A model generated the notes under the pieces. That model made no database searches, had not been told where the DNA came from, and worked only from the letters and a program-made list of their open reading frames with translations. A DNA stretch of 64,000 bases from Narcine bancroftii. Lineage: Eukaryota. Positions 23,840-36,952 of this stretch are shown piece after piece; position 1 is the stretch's first letter; every line of letters begins with the position of its first letter. The DNA is taken from contig NC_091476.1 in the NCBI RefSeq assembly GCF_036971445.1, positions 93,124,001-93,188,000 of the forward strand, given 5' to 3'. Both the position numbers and the translations under genes were made by a program.

Positions 23840-24823
23840 AAATACACAAAAATGGTGGACTTTTTTTTGGGCCTGAGCCCTTCATCTAGAGCATAGGCAG
23901 CCAGGCACCTGAATGAAGAGGCTGAGGGAAGATGGAAGAAAGAGCAGGGGAGGAGCCCAGGTCAATAACCATAATTGGACAGGAGAGAAAAGATAAAAAT
24001 TGATTGAGGGAGGGGGTGGCTCTGTTAATGCAGAGCTAGATGAAAGGAGACATAGGGATAGGGGAAGAGGAGAGACAGGGTGGAGGGATGGAGGAGGGGG
24101 GAGTGATTAGAAACTGGAGAAGTCAATGTTGAGGTTGGAGAGTGCCCAGAGAGAATATGATGTTCTTCATCCAATTTGCAGTTGGTCTCAGTCTAACAGT
24201 GCATGAGACCATGGATAGGCATGAAAGACAGGCATGGGAATGGGGTGGAGAATTAAAATGGGTTGCCCCAAGGAGATCCTTGCTATTGTGTGAAGATTCT
24301 CAATGAAGCCATCTCCTAGTCTCTCCGATGTAGAGGAGGGCACAACAGAAGTGCCACATCCAGTAGATGACTCCTGCATATTCATGTGAAATGCATATTG
24401 GAGCAACAACACCTCATGTTCCTTATGAGCACTCTCCAACCAGATGGCAATAACATTGACCTCCAGTTTCTGCCCCCTCCCCCCATTATTCCCTTTCTCC
24501 TATCCCTATGTCTTCTTTCCTCCAGTTCTGCACTCATAGAGACACCTACTTCTCCAATCAATACTCATCTTTTCTCTCCTCTTAACCATGTCCAATTTTG
24601 ATCTTTTGGCTCTCGGCCTGTGATTTTTTTTCCCATGCCCACTCTTCTCTCCCTCCAAAACTATTTCTATACAGGTGCCTGTCTGATTTTTGCTCATACC
24701 TTGATGAAGCGCTCAGGCCTGAAACATTGGTTAACGATCTTACCTCCTCTGGACACTGTGATCATCCAGCATTTTTATGTGTTTACTACAGTCACAGCAT
24801 CTGCTAACTTCCTTGTTTCACTC
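23840..24823. mobile_element. Penelope-like element: minus-strand 3' part joined head-to-head to a plus-strand 3' part
   Basis: Minus strand GIY-YIG GVIYW....ALLYIGETRR (24310-24375). Plus strand LEQQHLMFLMSTLQPDGNNID followed by a tail with a hammerhead-like motif (24701-24725). Confidence 0.85.
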
Positions 24824-25159
24824 CAGCTTTTTCAGGTAATTAATTTCATGTACGAACTGGTGAAAAAGGCCAGGTGCCTTGCAATGATAAATCAATTTTT
24901 TTTAGAATTGATATATTTATTGTCACATGTACCAAGATTGAGTGAAAAGCTTTGTTTTACCTGCTATCCAGGCAAATCAATGCATACTTAATTACAACAG
25001 GTAGTACAATGTAAACGAACTTATCGATTCACTAGGACACAGAGAGTTACACACAGGTCAGGAAAAAAAGATTAAAAAGGAGCATTTGCAGGGCTTTTCA
25101 CTTTAGCGGACTAATCAAATCGTGATTTATTAACATGAACCAAGAAAAATGAAGTATGC

Positions 25160-27590
25160 ACAAACGGGGCGGCCATTGTAGTGGTGCCATTGCGTAAGTG
25201 GCCCAATGTAGGAGTGGGGAGTTGAGGCTTTGGCAAGAAGACGCTGCGGCCAAAGAAGCGGGTAAGTATTTTCCTTTCATTAGTGCTGATTTGGTCTTGG
25301 TAGCTGGTACTACATTGCAGGAGTGATGGCTGATTTGGCAGTGGAATGCTCCTCCTGTAGGATGTGGGAATTTATGGAATGTGCTGTTTTCCCTGATGAT
25401 GACACCTGCAGGAAGGACAACCAATTTCATCTGAAAGTCCATATTAAGGAATTGGTGCTGGAGTTGGATGAAGTGAACAACATTTGGGAGGCTAAGCAAA
25501 TCATAGATAAAAACTTCTGAGGAGCTGGTTACACCCAGAGTGCAGGATTTAGCTGGTAGATAGGTGAACACTAAGAGAGATAAGGGGAGAAAGAAGTCAG
25601 TGCAAGGTCATCCTGCAGCCATTCCCCACTGTAGTTGCAGAATATTCTTAAAGAGGAGGGTGAGCGGCCAAATGTTGTGGTACATATGGAAACCAATGGC
25701 ATAGACAGAAATGGGTTAGAGAACCTGAAAGCAAGTTTAGGGAGTTAGGAAAGAGGTTGAAGAACAGGGCCTCCAATGTGGTTATCTTTGATTACTCTGG
25801 GTGCCACGAGCTAGGGAAGGTCAGAATATGAAGATAGTGCAGACAAATGAGTAGCTGAGGAGATGAAGCAGGATTTTAAGTTCTTGGATTATTAGAACCT
25901 TTTATGTGGAAAGAGTGACCTGCACAGGGGTTGGGGGGGTGGGGGGTGGGGGGGGGGGGAGGGTTGGGGCAGTTGCACCGGAATTAGATAGGAACCAATA
26001 TCTGAGCAGGGAGTTTGCTAATTGCTGTCTGGAGGGGGAGGGGTTTAAACTAAATTCGCAGGGGGTTGGGAACCAAATTGAAGAGGCAGAAGAAGAGGTG
26101 GTTGGCACACACATAGAGATAGCTGGTTGGGAGAATGTGCTGAAAGAAAGGCAGATAGGGCAAAATTGCAGCCATTGAGTCAAAAAATATAACACATAGA
26201 AAGCAAAAGGTTTTGTATTTAAATGCACGTAGCATGAAAAATAAAGTGGATGAGCTTGTAGTACAACTACAGATTCACAGTGGCCATCGCAGAGTCCTGG
26301 CAGAGTATGGATGTCATTGGGAGCTGAATGTCCATGGATACACAGTATATCAAAAGGATAAGCAGGTAAGCAGAGGGTGTTGTGTGGCTCTGTGGCTAAG
26401 GAATAACATGAAATCGTTAGGAAGAGGTGAAATAGATCAGAAGATGTAGAATCATTGTGAGTTGAGCTAAGAATTGCCAAGGATAAAAAGACATTGTTGG
26501 CTGCTATATAGAGACCTCCAAACAGGAATATGGACAACAAATTACAAAAGCAAATTGAAAAGGCGTGTGAGAAAGGCAAATGGGGGTTTTATCATGCAAG
26601 TAGATTTGGAAATACTGGTTTGGACTAGATCTCAAGAGAGAGAATTTGTTGAATGCCTACAAGATTGTTTTTTTAGAGCAGCTTGTTGATGAATCCACTC
26701 AGGGATCAGCTGTGCTGGATTGGGTGTTAAGCAATACACCAGAGATGATTAGAGGGCTTAGGGTAAACAAACCATTAGGGGGAAAGTGATCACAATATGA
26801 TTGAGTTCAATTTGATATTCAATAAGGAAAAACTGAAGTCAGATGTGTCAGCCCTTCAGTGGAGTAAAGGGAATTCCAGTGGCATGACAGAGGAACTGGC
26901 CAAAATAGACTGGAAGGGGGCATTAGTCGGGAGGATGGCAGAGCAGCATTGGATGCAGTTTCTGTGAGAAATGAGAAAGGTGCAGGATTGATACATACCA
27001 AAAAAAGAGAAAATATTTAAATGGAAAAAAATGCCACAACTCTGGCTGTCAAGGGAAGTCAAAACCAATATAAAAGCAAAAGAGGGAGCACACAAGGAAG
27101 CAGAAATGAGTGGGAAGTTAGAAGACTGGGAAGTTTTTAAAAAAAACTTACAGAAGGTGACTAAAAAAAACTCATAAGGAGGGAAAATATAAAGTATGTA
27201 AGTAGGCTACCAAACAATATCAAAGAGGATGCAAAAAGCTTCTTCAAGAATATAAAGAGTAAAAGAGAGGTGAGAGTAGATATTCTATAGGACCACCAGA
27301 AAATGATGCCAGAGAAATAATAATAGACATGGAGTTTGCAGAGGAACTAAGTGAGTATTTTGCATCAACCTTCACTGCAGAAGGTATTAACAATGTGCTG
27401 GATGTCAAATGGTATTAGTGAAAAGAAATGAATGTATTTACAACTTCAAGGGAGAAGGTGCTCTGAATGCTGAATGGTCTAAGGATAATTAAGTCTCTGG
27501 AATCAGATGGCTTGCACCCTTGGGTTCTGAAAGAAGTAGTGGTAGAAATTGTGGAGGCATTGATAATGATCTTTCAGGAATCAATACTTC
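25160..27590 (+). mobile_element. CR1 LINE 5' part: ORF1 (zinc finger, SGNH esterase) plus endonuclease and start of RT
   Basis: VECSSCRMWEF..DDDTCRK; VVVHMETNG; YLNARSMKNKVDEL; AVLDWVLSN..SDHN; DGLHPWVLKE. Confidence 0.9.
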
Positions 27591-29990
27591 CTTGATCTCA
27601 ACATCATCCATCGACCTCACCCTGATTAAGGTCTTTTTCTCTTGTGAATACTGATGCAAAGTATTCATTTAGGACCTTCCCAACCTCTTCCACCTCCAGG
27701 CACATGTTGCCTCATTTATCCTTAAGCGGTCCCACCTTCCTTCTCATCATTCTTCCGTTGTTCACATACACATAGGGGTCCTTGGGGTTTCCCTTTGAGC
27801 TCTCATAAATCCTTTCTTAAGTTCCTTCCTGCCTACGATATACTTCTTGTGAGACCTTCCTGTTTCCTACTTTCTAAATTTAATGTATATTTCCTTCTTT
27901 CTCTTAACAACCATGGTTACCTTTTCTTACCCTCTTATCGTTGTCCCAGTGCGACAAACCTATCCTGAACTCAGTGCAAGTGGTCTCTAAACTTTCTCCG
28001 CATTAGTTCTGTGCCTTCACCCTTGAACAGCTGTTTCCATTTTACTCTCACTAGTTCCTGCCTCTTCCATTCGTAATTAGCCCTTCCCCAATTAAGTACT
28101 TTCCCATTTTGGCTGCTTCTATCTTTGTCCATAGCTATGCTAAAAACCAGGTAGTTGTGATCACTTTCACCAACATGCTCCCCCACCAAGAGGTCTACCA
28201 TCTGACCAGGTTCATTAGCCAGTATTAGATCCAGTACGGTATCTCCTCTTGTTAGCTGGTCCACATAATGTATCAGGAATCATTCTTGAATACACTTGAC
28301 AATTCAGCCCCATCTATCCTTTGCAGTCAGAAAGTCCCAGGCAGTATTAGCGAAGTTGAAGTCTCCCATAAAACAACCCTGTAATTTCTGCACCATTCCA
28401 AATTCTGCCTCCTTATCTGTTCCTCAGTGTCCCAAGGGCTATTTGGGGGCCTGTAGACTACTCTCAGTAGAGTGATTGTTCACTTTCTATTTCTAACTTC
28501 CACCTACACTGACTCAGTAGACATTCCCTCTGCAGCATCCTCCCTTTCTATAACTGTGATACTATCCCTGATTAATACAGCAACTCCCCCCCCTCCCCCC
28601 CAACCCTGTCTCTTACCTCCCATCCTATTCCTTCACCTAAACCCCAGTACCTGCATTAGTCAATCCTGTCCTTCTACAGGCCAAGTCTCTGTAATGGCCA
28701 CAACATCATAGTTCCATATATTGATCCTTGCTCTGTTCCTTTATTCCCCATGCTCCTAGTGCATGACATCTCAAACTCTCTAACTGACTACATTTATGTT
28801 TCCTCCCCTGCCTACCATTCCTCACAAACTCAGAACACTGCATCTTGCTTTTCACCTTCTGCTCTAGTCTCTGCACTCTTATTCTTGTTCCCATTCCCCC
28901 TGCCAAACTAGTTTAAATCCTTCCCAACAGCTCTAGCAAATCTACCCTCCAGGATATTGGTCGCTCTCCAGTTCAGATGAAGCATGTCCTTTTTGCACGG
29001 ATCAGACCTTCCCTATAAGAGATCCCAATGATCCACAAATCTGAACCCCTGTCCCATGTACCAACTCTTCAGCCACAACTTCCTATTTCTACCCTCACTG
29101 GCACGTGGCACATGCAGTAATCCCAAGATTACCACCCTTGAGGTCCTGGTTTCAACTTCTTTCTTAACTCTCTATATTCCCTCCTCAGGACCTCATCTCT
29201 AATCTCATCTTTGTCATTGGTCCCCAAGTGAACCATGACATCTGGGTGCTCACCCTCCCACCTGAGAATGCTATGAACTTGATCAGAGACATCCTTGACA
29301 ATGGCACCTGGGGAAACCATACCATCTGGGAGCCTTGATTTCATTCATAGAACCTCCTATCTGTTCACCTAACCAACAAATCCCCAATCACCATAGCTCT
29401 CCTCTTCTCCCCCTTCCCTTCTGAGCCAAAGGGCCAGACTCTGTGACTTAACTTGTTCCTGGTAGATCATTCCCACCAACAATATCCAAAACAGTATGCT
29501 TATTATTGAGGGAAACAGCCACAGGAAGTACTGCACTGTCTGCCTACTTCCCTTCCCTCTCCTAACAGTCACCCAGCTACCTGCCCTCTGCTTCCCGAAT
29601 GATCTGGAGTTCAACCAGTTCCAGCTCCAGTTCCCTAACTAGAGTTGCAGCTGGATGTTCATTTTGCAGGTGTAGTTATCAGGGACAATTGTGCTGTCAC
29701 AGATTTCCCACATCCTGCATTCAAAGCATTCTGCTGCCTTAGCTGCCATCTCCATTACATTTTCTTTGTTTAAATGCAAAGATGTTACCTGAAAGAAGCT
29801 CGTCCTCAGCCTTTTCTCACCGAAGCCTTGCAAGCCAAAGCATCACTTGCCCTCTTAGCCACTCAAACGCTGCCCGCTCTGGACTGGTCACTCCGCTTCC
29901 CCTCCTTGTTACTGCCCACTCCCACCAATCACCTTTCTAATTAACACTTAAATTGTCTTCTGCTCCCTTTTTTAAAATTCACTTACCCAA
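27590..29990 (-). mobile_element. CR1 LINE 5' part (ORF1 and endonuclease)
   Basis: ECFECRMWE..PDNYTCK; WVTVRRGKG; PGA.VKDVSD..VMVHLGTND; TRGDTVLDLILANEPGQ..GESDHN. Confidence 0.9.
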
Positions 29991-30084
29991 AGCCTGGTCC
30001 CAACACTCTGTTCTCCCAAATTTTTCATTTCTCTTGCATTCACAGTCCCGAAACCATAGTTTCACAGTTTCTATTCACAGAGAG

Positions 30085-30900
30085 TAGGCCAAATGAAATA
30101 CAGTGTCGGAAAATGTACGATTATGCACTTTTGGAGAAGGAATAAATGGGCAGACTTTTTTTCCTAAATGGGGAGAAAATGGAAAATGTACAGATGCAAG
30201 AGGAGCTGGGAGTCTCCTGAAGTAAACTTGCAGGTTGATTTGGAGGTGAAGAAGACAAATTCAATGCTAGCATTAATTTCAAGAGCAATAGAATATAAGT
30301 GCAGGGATGTGATGTTGAGGTCTTTGGGCATTATGTGACCTCACGAAGTACTGTGAGCAGTTTTGGGCACCTCTTTGAAGAAAGGATACACTGATGTCAG
30401 ATCAGGTTCAGAGGAAGTTCATAAGGATGATTCCAAGAATGAAAGGGTTATCATCTGAGAAAAATTTGATGGCTTTTGGCTGTGCTCGTTGGAATTTAGG
30501 AAAATGAGGGGTGGATCTCAGTGAAACATTCCGAATATTGAAAGGCATGGACAGGGTAGATGCAGAACGGTTATTTCCTATGGTGGCAGAGTCTAGGACA
30601 CGAAGGTACAACTTCAAGATTAAAGGGCAACCACTTGGAATAGAGAGACAAATAATTTCTTTAGCCAGAGGGTGGTGAATCTGTGGAATTTGTTGCCACA
30701 GGCAGTTGTGCAAGCCATGTTATTAGGTATATTTAAGGCAGAGAGTAATAGGTTCTTGATTATCTGGGGCATCAAAAGATATGGGGGGGGCAAGGCCGGG
30801 CAGTGGAGCTGAGTGGGAAAATGGATCAGCCCATGATTGAATTGTGGGGCAGACCCAATGGGTTGACTAGCCTATTTCTGTTCCAGTGTCATATGGTCTT
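30085..30900 (+). mobile_element. CR1 LINE 3' part
   Basis: QMKYSVGKC.IMHF..QEELGV..VQRKFIRMIP..RVVNLWNLLP, then 3' UTR. Confidence 0.88.
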
Positions 30901-31679
30901 AATATTGAAACAAATGTGCAGGGAACAGTGTTACTGGAACAAAGTGCAGAATAGAGAGAAGTGTACATTTAAAAAGTCCAGGAGCATCATCTTATTAGAG
31001 GTCCATTCAAAAGTCTGAAAATAGTTGGAAAATATCTGTCAGTGAACAGAAGTTGATGAATAAAAAAGGGTTGTTAGTCAGGGAAAGCCAACATACATAA
31101 AATTACTGTGCACTCACTAAGGCGTGCTGGGATGGTACAGATGTTTTGGGCCACATGCCTGCTTTGGTTTTGGACCACACAACTACTTTGGCTGCAAATG
31201 AGGCCCGCCTGTTGAAATGGGAGGGTTCGTTGAGATGGAGCAGGCGAGCCTGTGAATTGGGTTTAGGAGTGGAACAAGCGAGTTGTACAGGTTTGGAATC
31301 AGAGGGAGTGAAGGAAAACTTACAGTGTTGGAGATGTCAGATTGTGAAATTATCAGGAATTATCATGAATCAGCAAAAAAAAATGAATGGAGAGCTTAAA
31401 GTAGAAGATAAGTGGGTATTGAATGACTAAGGGCTCATGGATGTGTTTAAGTAATTAGTTGTGTGTTTTCAGAGCTTGATGCTGTGGTTTTGAGATCATG
31501 TTTTCTAAATTCAAATGGATAAAAGACAAAGAAGAGTTCGCGACATGAGGATCACAGGAAATGCCTGATCAAAATGGTTGCCATGATACAAAATAGCAGG
31601 GTAATAGTGCAGTACTCAAACGTGTTGGAGGAATTCAGCAGGCCAATGCAGCATCTATGGAAGGCAACAGCCAGTCAAT

Positions 31680-31970
31680 AGCCGCTTTCAGGTGCTCGGA
31701 CGCAGATGATGCGCCGGCGGACGCGGCTGGGGGAGTGCAGCTGGGATGTTCAGTTGGCCCAAGAGAAGGCGCCTTTCTGTCACCTGAACGTGCCGGCTGC
31801 TTTCAGGTGCAACGGGCGATGCTCCGAGCCGGAGAATATAGCTACAGGAGGATGGTTAGGTAAGTGCTCCTCCTGGCCAGGTTCTCCACTTTCAGGTGGC
31901 TGCCCGACAGCCGCATTGGGGTAGAATAGGTGGCTTTACAGTCAGGTAGTCTGGCCACCTGAAAGCGGCT
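31680..31970. mobile_element. GC-rich MITE, Harbinger-like TIRs
   Basis: Perfect 15-bp TIR agccgctttcaggtg / cacctgaaagcggct, internal tttcaggtg repeats, inserted in a PLE tail. TSD not clean. Confidence 0.8.
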
Positions 31971-32221
31971 AGAGTTTCATTACTCAGTTTTTTTTACAGA
32001 CAAAAAACATTCACATCCAACTACAAAAATAAGTAATGCAATTGAATTTTCAGGCAATGGTTGCACATTTGGTGAATACCAGCAATTACACTTTGCTGGT
32101 ATAAACAGCAGCAGGATTCCTAGCAACATGAGAAAGAGCACATGCTAGAATCTGGAGCAGAAAGCAAACTGCTGGAGGAGCTCAGTAAGTCAGGGCAGCA
32201 TCTGTGAAGGGAAATGGGTTG

Positions 32222-32654
32222 TGTTAGGTCTGCTTTGTTCATGAATGAGTGAGACAAACACCAGGCTGAGTCGAAATCAGGGTTCTTTGTTCTTTATTAC
32301 CGGATTGTAACACTTGCGACTAACAAAGTTAGTCGGAGAATGCATTCTGCCGTTATCAGCAAAATGGTGATTTTTTATACCCTTGGATATGTGCTTAGAA
32401 CATCATCATATCATTACTTGTCCAATGACTAAAACTGTTGCTATCCTTTCCCTGCTAGCTTCCTGCCTCTCAATCCATCAATGTCTCTCTTATCTTGTAA
32501 GTACAAGGATGCATTTACATCTTGTTACAGCCCTGTACGTTCCCATCTCATGATGTTTTACCTAACAGGAGTACAAGGACACCTCCCCTTCTTGTTACTG
32601 CCCTGTACAGGGTAACTCCCTACACATTCCCATCTCATGATGTTTTACCTTACA
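32222..32654 (-). mobile_element. Solo LTR, ERV/Gypsy-like (433 bp)
   Basis: tgttagg...ccttaca ends, perfect 4-bp TSD GTTG. Minus-strand TATAAAAA ~32372 and AATAAA ~32293. Confidence 0.9.
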
Positions 32655-33087
32655 GTTGATACCCTTCGTCAGTCCTATTTTTAAAGAAGATTATTTTCAA
32701 GTTAATTATGGAGAAAAATAGGTGTGGGCCTTGAGTTGAGATTATAAATTGGAGAAAGGTCAATTTTGAGGAAATGAGAAAGGATCTAGATGGGATAAGT
32801 TGTTTCTGGGCAAGAATGTGTGAAGTAAGTGGAGGACCTTCAAAGGTGAAATTTTGAGAGGGCAGAGTTTGAATGCTCCTGTTAGGATTAAAGGCAAAGT
32901 TAGTATGCATAGTGAATCTTGGTTTTTGAGGGATATTAGGGATCTGGTTCAAAGGAAGAGAGAAGTATGCAGCAGGTATAGGCAACATGGAGAAAATGAG
33001 GTATTGAGGAGTATAATAATGCAAGAAAACCACAAGAAAGAAATCAGGAAGGCTAAAAGAAAACACGAGGTTGCTTTGGCAGGCAAT

Positions 33088-33787
33088 AAGCCATTTCAGA
33101 TAACCCAAAAGTTGGGATATAAAGGCGAAAAAACTCCGCCAATATGCATAATGACTTACCTTTCTGAATGAGCAGAGGTGGTCTCCGAGCCGCATATTCC
33201 AACCCCTATCCAAGAGGGATAATCTCCACAATGCAGCCCTCTGCTGATCAATCTGAATTGGCAGCTGCACTAGGCGGCTGTTTGGGAGTGGGCCAATGAT
33301 GCCGTCAGCCCGTGACCCATCTCCCCACTCACCCCTTTCCCTCCAAGTCAGGAGCAGCGGGGAGTCCTCAGGGCAGTCTGGGCAGCAGGAGCATTCTGGG
33401 TAGAGCGTGGCAGCGGGGACCGGCGGGGCAGCAGGGACCATCAGGAGGCAGCTGGTGTGGGCTGGGATTTCGGCCTTCGGGGCCATTCTCTGTGGCTCAC
33501 AATGCAGCAGAGCAATGATTGTCTTCCCTACCCATAATCCCCCATGCAGCTGGAACTGTTCTGGGAACCATAGAGCGGTTTCAACTGTGTGGGGGATTAT
33601 GGGTAGGGAAGATGGCCATGGCTCTGCCGTGTATTGGTGACGGGTGGCGCTATGGCACCAGTCGGCCCAACTACACTGGGATCTGGAGGGAACTATGAGG
33701 CGCTTCTCCTTTGAATGGGCTGCAGACCAGATTTTCAATCCACCCCGTAAGCCGGTCTCCAGGCAGAAGCCCGAACTGAAATGGCCC
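33088..33787. mobile_element. Non-autonomous PIF/Harbinger-like DNA transposon (700 bp)
   Basis: TIR aagccatttcag / ctgaaatggccc and 3-bp TSD AAT. Removing it restores CR1 ggcaatgtgaag. Confidence 0.85.
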
Positions 33788-35104
33788 AATGTGAAGGAAA
33801 TTCATTGGGGTTTCTACAGGTAAATTAAGAGCCAAAAAATAGTAAGGGACAAAATTGGTCCCCTTGAAGATCAGAGTGGTTGGCTATGTATGAAGCTAAA
33901 AGAGATGGGGAAGATCTTAAATTATTTTTTTTTGCATTCACTCAGGAAGTGGGCACAGAGTCAATGGGAAGAAAGGAAAACAAACAGTGAGTCATGAATC
34001 CTATACAGATTAAAGAAGAGGAAGTGCTTACTCTCTTAAAGCAAATAAGCATGGATAAAGCCCAAGGGCCTGACAAGATATTCCCTTAGACTTCAAGGGA
34101 GGTTAGTATAGGGGCTCTGCAGAAATATTTAAAATGTCCTTAACCACGGGTGTGGTGCCCAAAGGTTAGAGGGTAGCTCACATAGTTCTGTTGTTTGATA
34201 AAGGCTCCAAAATTAAATCTTGAAATTGGAGGGTAGTTAGCCTGACGTCAGTAGTAGGTAAATATGGGGTATGCAATTATTTGGATAGCTAGGGACTCAT
34301 TAGGGATAGTCAATATGGCTTTTTTGTATGGAACGCTGTATTTTAGAATATTCTGAGGAGGTTACTAGGAAAGTTGGTGAAGGAAAGGCTGTGAATGTTC
34401 TCTACATGGACTTTAGTAAGGCCTTTGACAAGGTCCTACATGGGAGGTTAGTGAGGAAAGTTCAGATGCTCGGTATTCATGGTGAAGTAGTGAACTGGAT
34501 TGACAATGGCTGGATGTGAGTGGTGGTGGATGATTGCTTCTCAGACTGGAGGCCTGTGACTGGTGGCAAGCCTCAGGGATCAGTTCTGGGACCATTGTTG
34601 TGTGTCATCTATATCAATGATCTAGATGATAATGTGGTAAATTGGATCAGAAAGTTTGCAGATGACATTAAGATTGGAGGTGTTGTGGATAGCCAAGGCT
34701 TTCAAAGCTTGCAGAGAGATCTGGACCAGCTGGAAAAAATGGCAGATGGGATTTAATGCAGACAAGTGTGAGGTGATGCATTTTGGAAGGACAAACCAAG
34801 AGTTAGTAGGATTGTAAAGAGATCTTTTGGCACATTGGCCTTCATAAATCAAATTATTCAGTTGGGATGTTATGATAAAGTTGTATATGATATTGGTGAG
34901 GCAAAATTTGGAATATTGTGTTCAAAATTGGTCACCTAACTACAGGAAAGATATCTGTAAGATAGCAAGAGTCCTGAGAAGATTTACTAGGATGTTGCCC
35001 AGATTTCAGGAGCTGAGTTACAGAGAAAGGTTAAATAGGTTAGGAATTTATTTCCTGGAGCGTAGAAGAATGTGGGGAGATTTGATAGAGGTATTTAAAA
35101 TTAT

Positions 35105-35375
35105 TTTAAATTTAAATTTTAAATTTTAAACTTACATATGCATACAGCACGGTAACAGGCCATTTCGGACCATGAGTCCGTACCACTAAATTTACACCCA
35201 ATTAACCTACACTCCCAGTACATTTCGAATGGTGGGAGGAATCCGGAGCCCCAGGAAAAACCCATGCAGATATGGAGAGAACATACAAAGTCCTACAGAC
35301 TGCTCAGGATTTGAACCCCAGTCCTGACCGCTTGCATTGTAAAGGCATTGCGCTAACTGCTACACCAGCGGTGCC
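35105..35375 (-). mobile_element. HE1/V-SINE-like SINE
   Basis: Minus-strand ggcaccgctggtgtagcagttagcgca..gggttcaaatcc, with an AT-rich tail. Confidence 0.85.
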
Positions 35376-36729
35376 AAGATTATGAGGAGGATAGACAGAG
35401 TAAATGCAGATAAGCTTTTTCCACTGAGGTAAGGTAAAATGCAAACCAGAGGACATGAATTAAGAATGAAAGTGAAAAGGTTTAGGAGAACATAGGGGGA
35501 ACTTCTTCACACAGAGAGTGGTGGGAGTGTGGAACGAACTGGCAGCTGAAGTGGTGAATGCAGGCTCAATTTAAGAAGAATTTGGACAGGTATATGGATG
35601 GGAGAGGTATGGAGGGAAGAGGCCAGTGGGATTTGGCAGTAAAATGGTTCGGCACTGATTAGAAGAGTCCTGGTTCTGTGCTGTAATGTCCTCTGGTTCT
35701 ATTAACATAATTTTCATTTTCTTATAGATATTTAAGAAAAATATGGACAAGTACATGAATAGGAGGGGTATGGACGAATAAGGTCCAGGTGTAAGTCAGC
35801 AGGATTAAACAGAATAATAGTTCAGCACAGACTGGATGGGCCAAAGGGCCTGTTTCTGTGCTTTAATATTCTATGGTTCTATGCCAGTTACAAAGCTGGT
35901 TGTAAAAGAGAGTATTTGAACATCACAGGGAGTGAGCAGGAGACTGCCTTCTGGAGAAAAAAATAGCTTAGATTTATTGGGCTGATGGCTTATTTGTCAT
36001 TTGAAACATGTGATTTTAGGACATTCTTAATGAGCAAGGCCACCTACGCTCATCAAACTTTGACTGGAGTTGTTACGTTTACCAGTCATAGTATCCAGCG
36101 TCTTATTGATTCTAGCTGTTTTTTTTAACAATAATACAGTTTACATTGACCTTTAACCTTCATATTTCTATAGTCCTGGCCACACCGTGATGAAGCAGAT
36201 TCTGCTCACCTGTGATGGCCGCCGCCTCTGAATAGGCTCTGACTAGGTTATTCAGACACACGCCCAACCCTCACACTAGCCCAAATGCTTTGTCGCAAGC
36301 CATTCATGTGAGATTGCTCCTTCCTTCTTGATGAGGTTAAGAAGAAAAGGAAATGTAATAATTATGCTTTCCTCTGATGATAATTATTCCTTATCCTTTG
36401 TATGAATTATACAAAATACATAGATGCAGGCTCTGAAAAAAGCTCCATTAAAACTCCAATAACTGCATCTATATAGAAGGTTGCTAATGTAATGTCTTAG
36501 GTCATATCATAGCATCTTTTAAATCCACCTGTGATGGCAATAGGTATGCCATCTCATCTTAAAGACAATACCTTCCGTGGAGCAGCACTGGATGAATACT
36601 GCTCAGAAGTGTCAACTTAAATTCTTTTATTCATTTCTCAAGAGAGGGACATGGCTTTGAGGCAAGAATATTGAACCGCAGTCAGATGTCAAGGACTGTG
36701 CTTAAATTTAACATAATTTTTTTTAACAA

Positions 36730-36952
36730 CACCATAGAAGCCAATTTCAGCCATTGAGATCCACACTGCTCAATTACACCTAATTAATGTGCAACCCAGT
36801 ATCTTTTGGAGGGTGGGAAGAAACCGGAACAGCCGGGGAAATCCCATGCAGGACACGGGGAGAACGTACAAACTCCTTGCAGACAGTGCTGGAATCGAAC
36901 CCGGGTCTCTGCACTGTAATAATGTCATGCTAAGCATTACTCTAACTGTGCC
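36730..36952 (-). mobile_element. HE1/V-SINE-like SINE
   Basis: Minus-strand B-box ccgggttcgattcc and core gtttgtacgttctccccgtg. Confidence 0.85.

Larger units (their letters stand above)
32690..35883 (+). mobile_element. CR1 LINE ORF2 and 3' UTR with nested MITE and SINE
   Basis: YMDFSKAFDKV.HGRL; [23 protein letters not shown]; ttctatggttctatg tail. Confidence 0.92.

Noticed and set aside
25927-25969. Poly-G, G4-like tract
   Set aside because: Slippage expansion inside a dead CR1 ORF1; homopolymer length is also unreliable.
32650-33789. 379-aa ORF, the longest in the track
   Set aside because: Antisense read-through across a GC-rich MITE and a CR1; no protein motifs.
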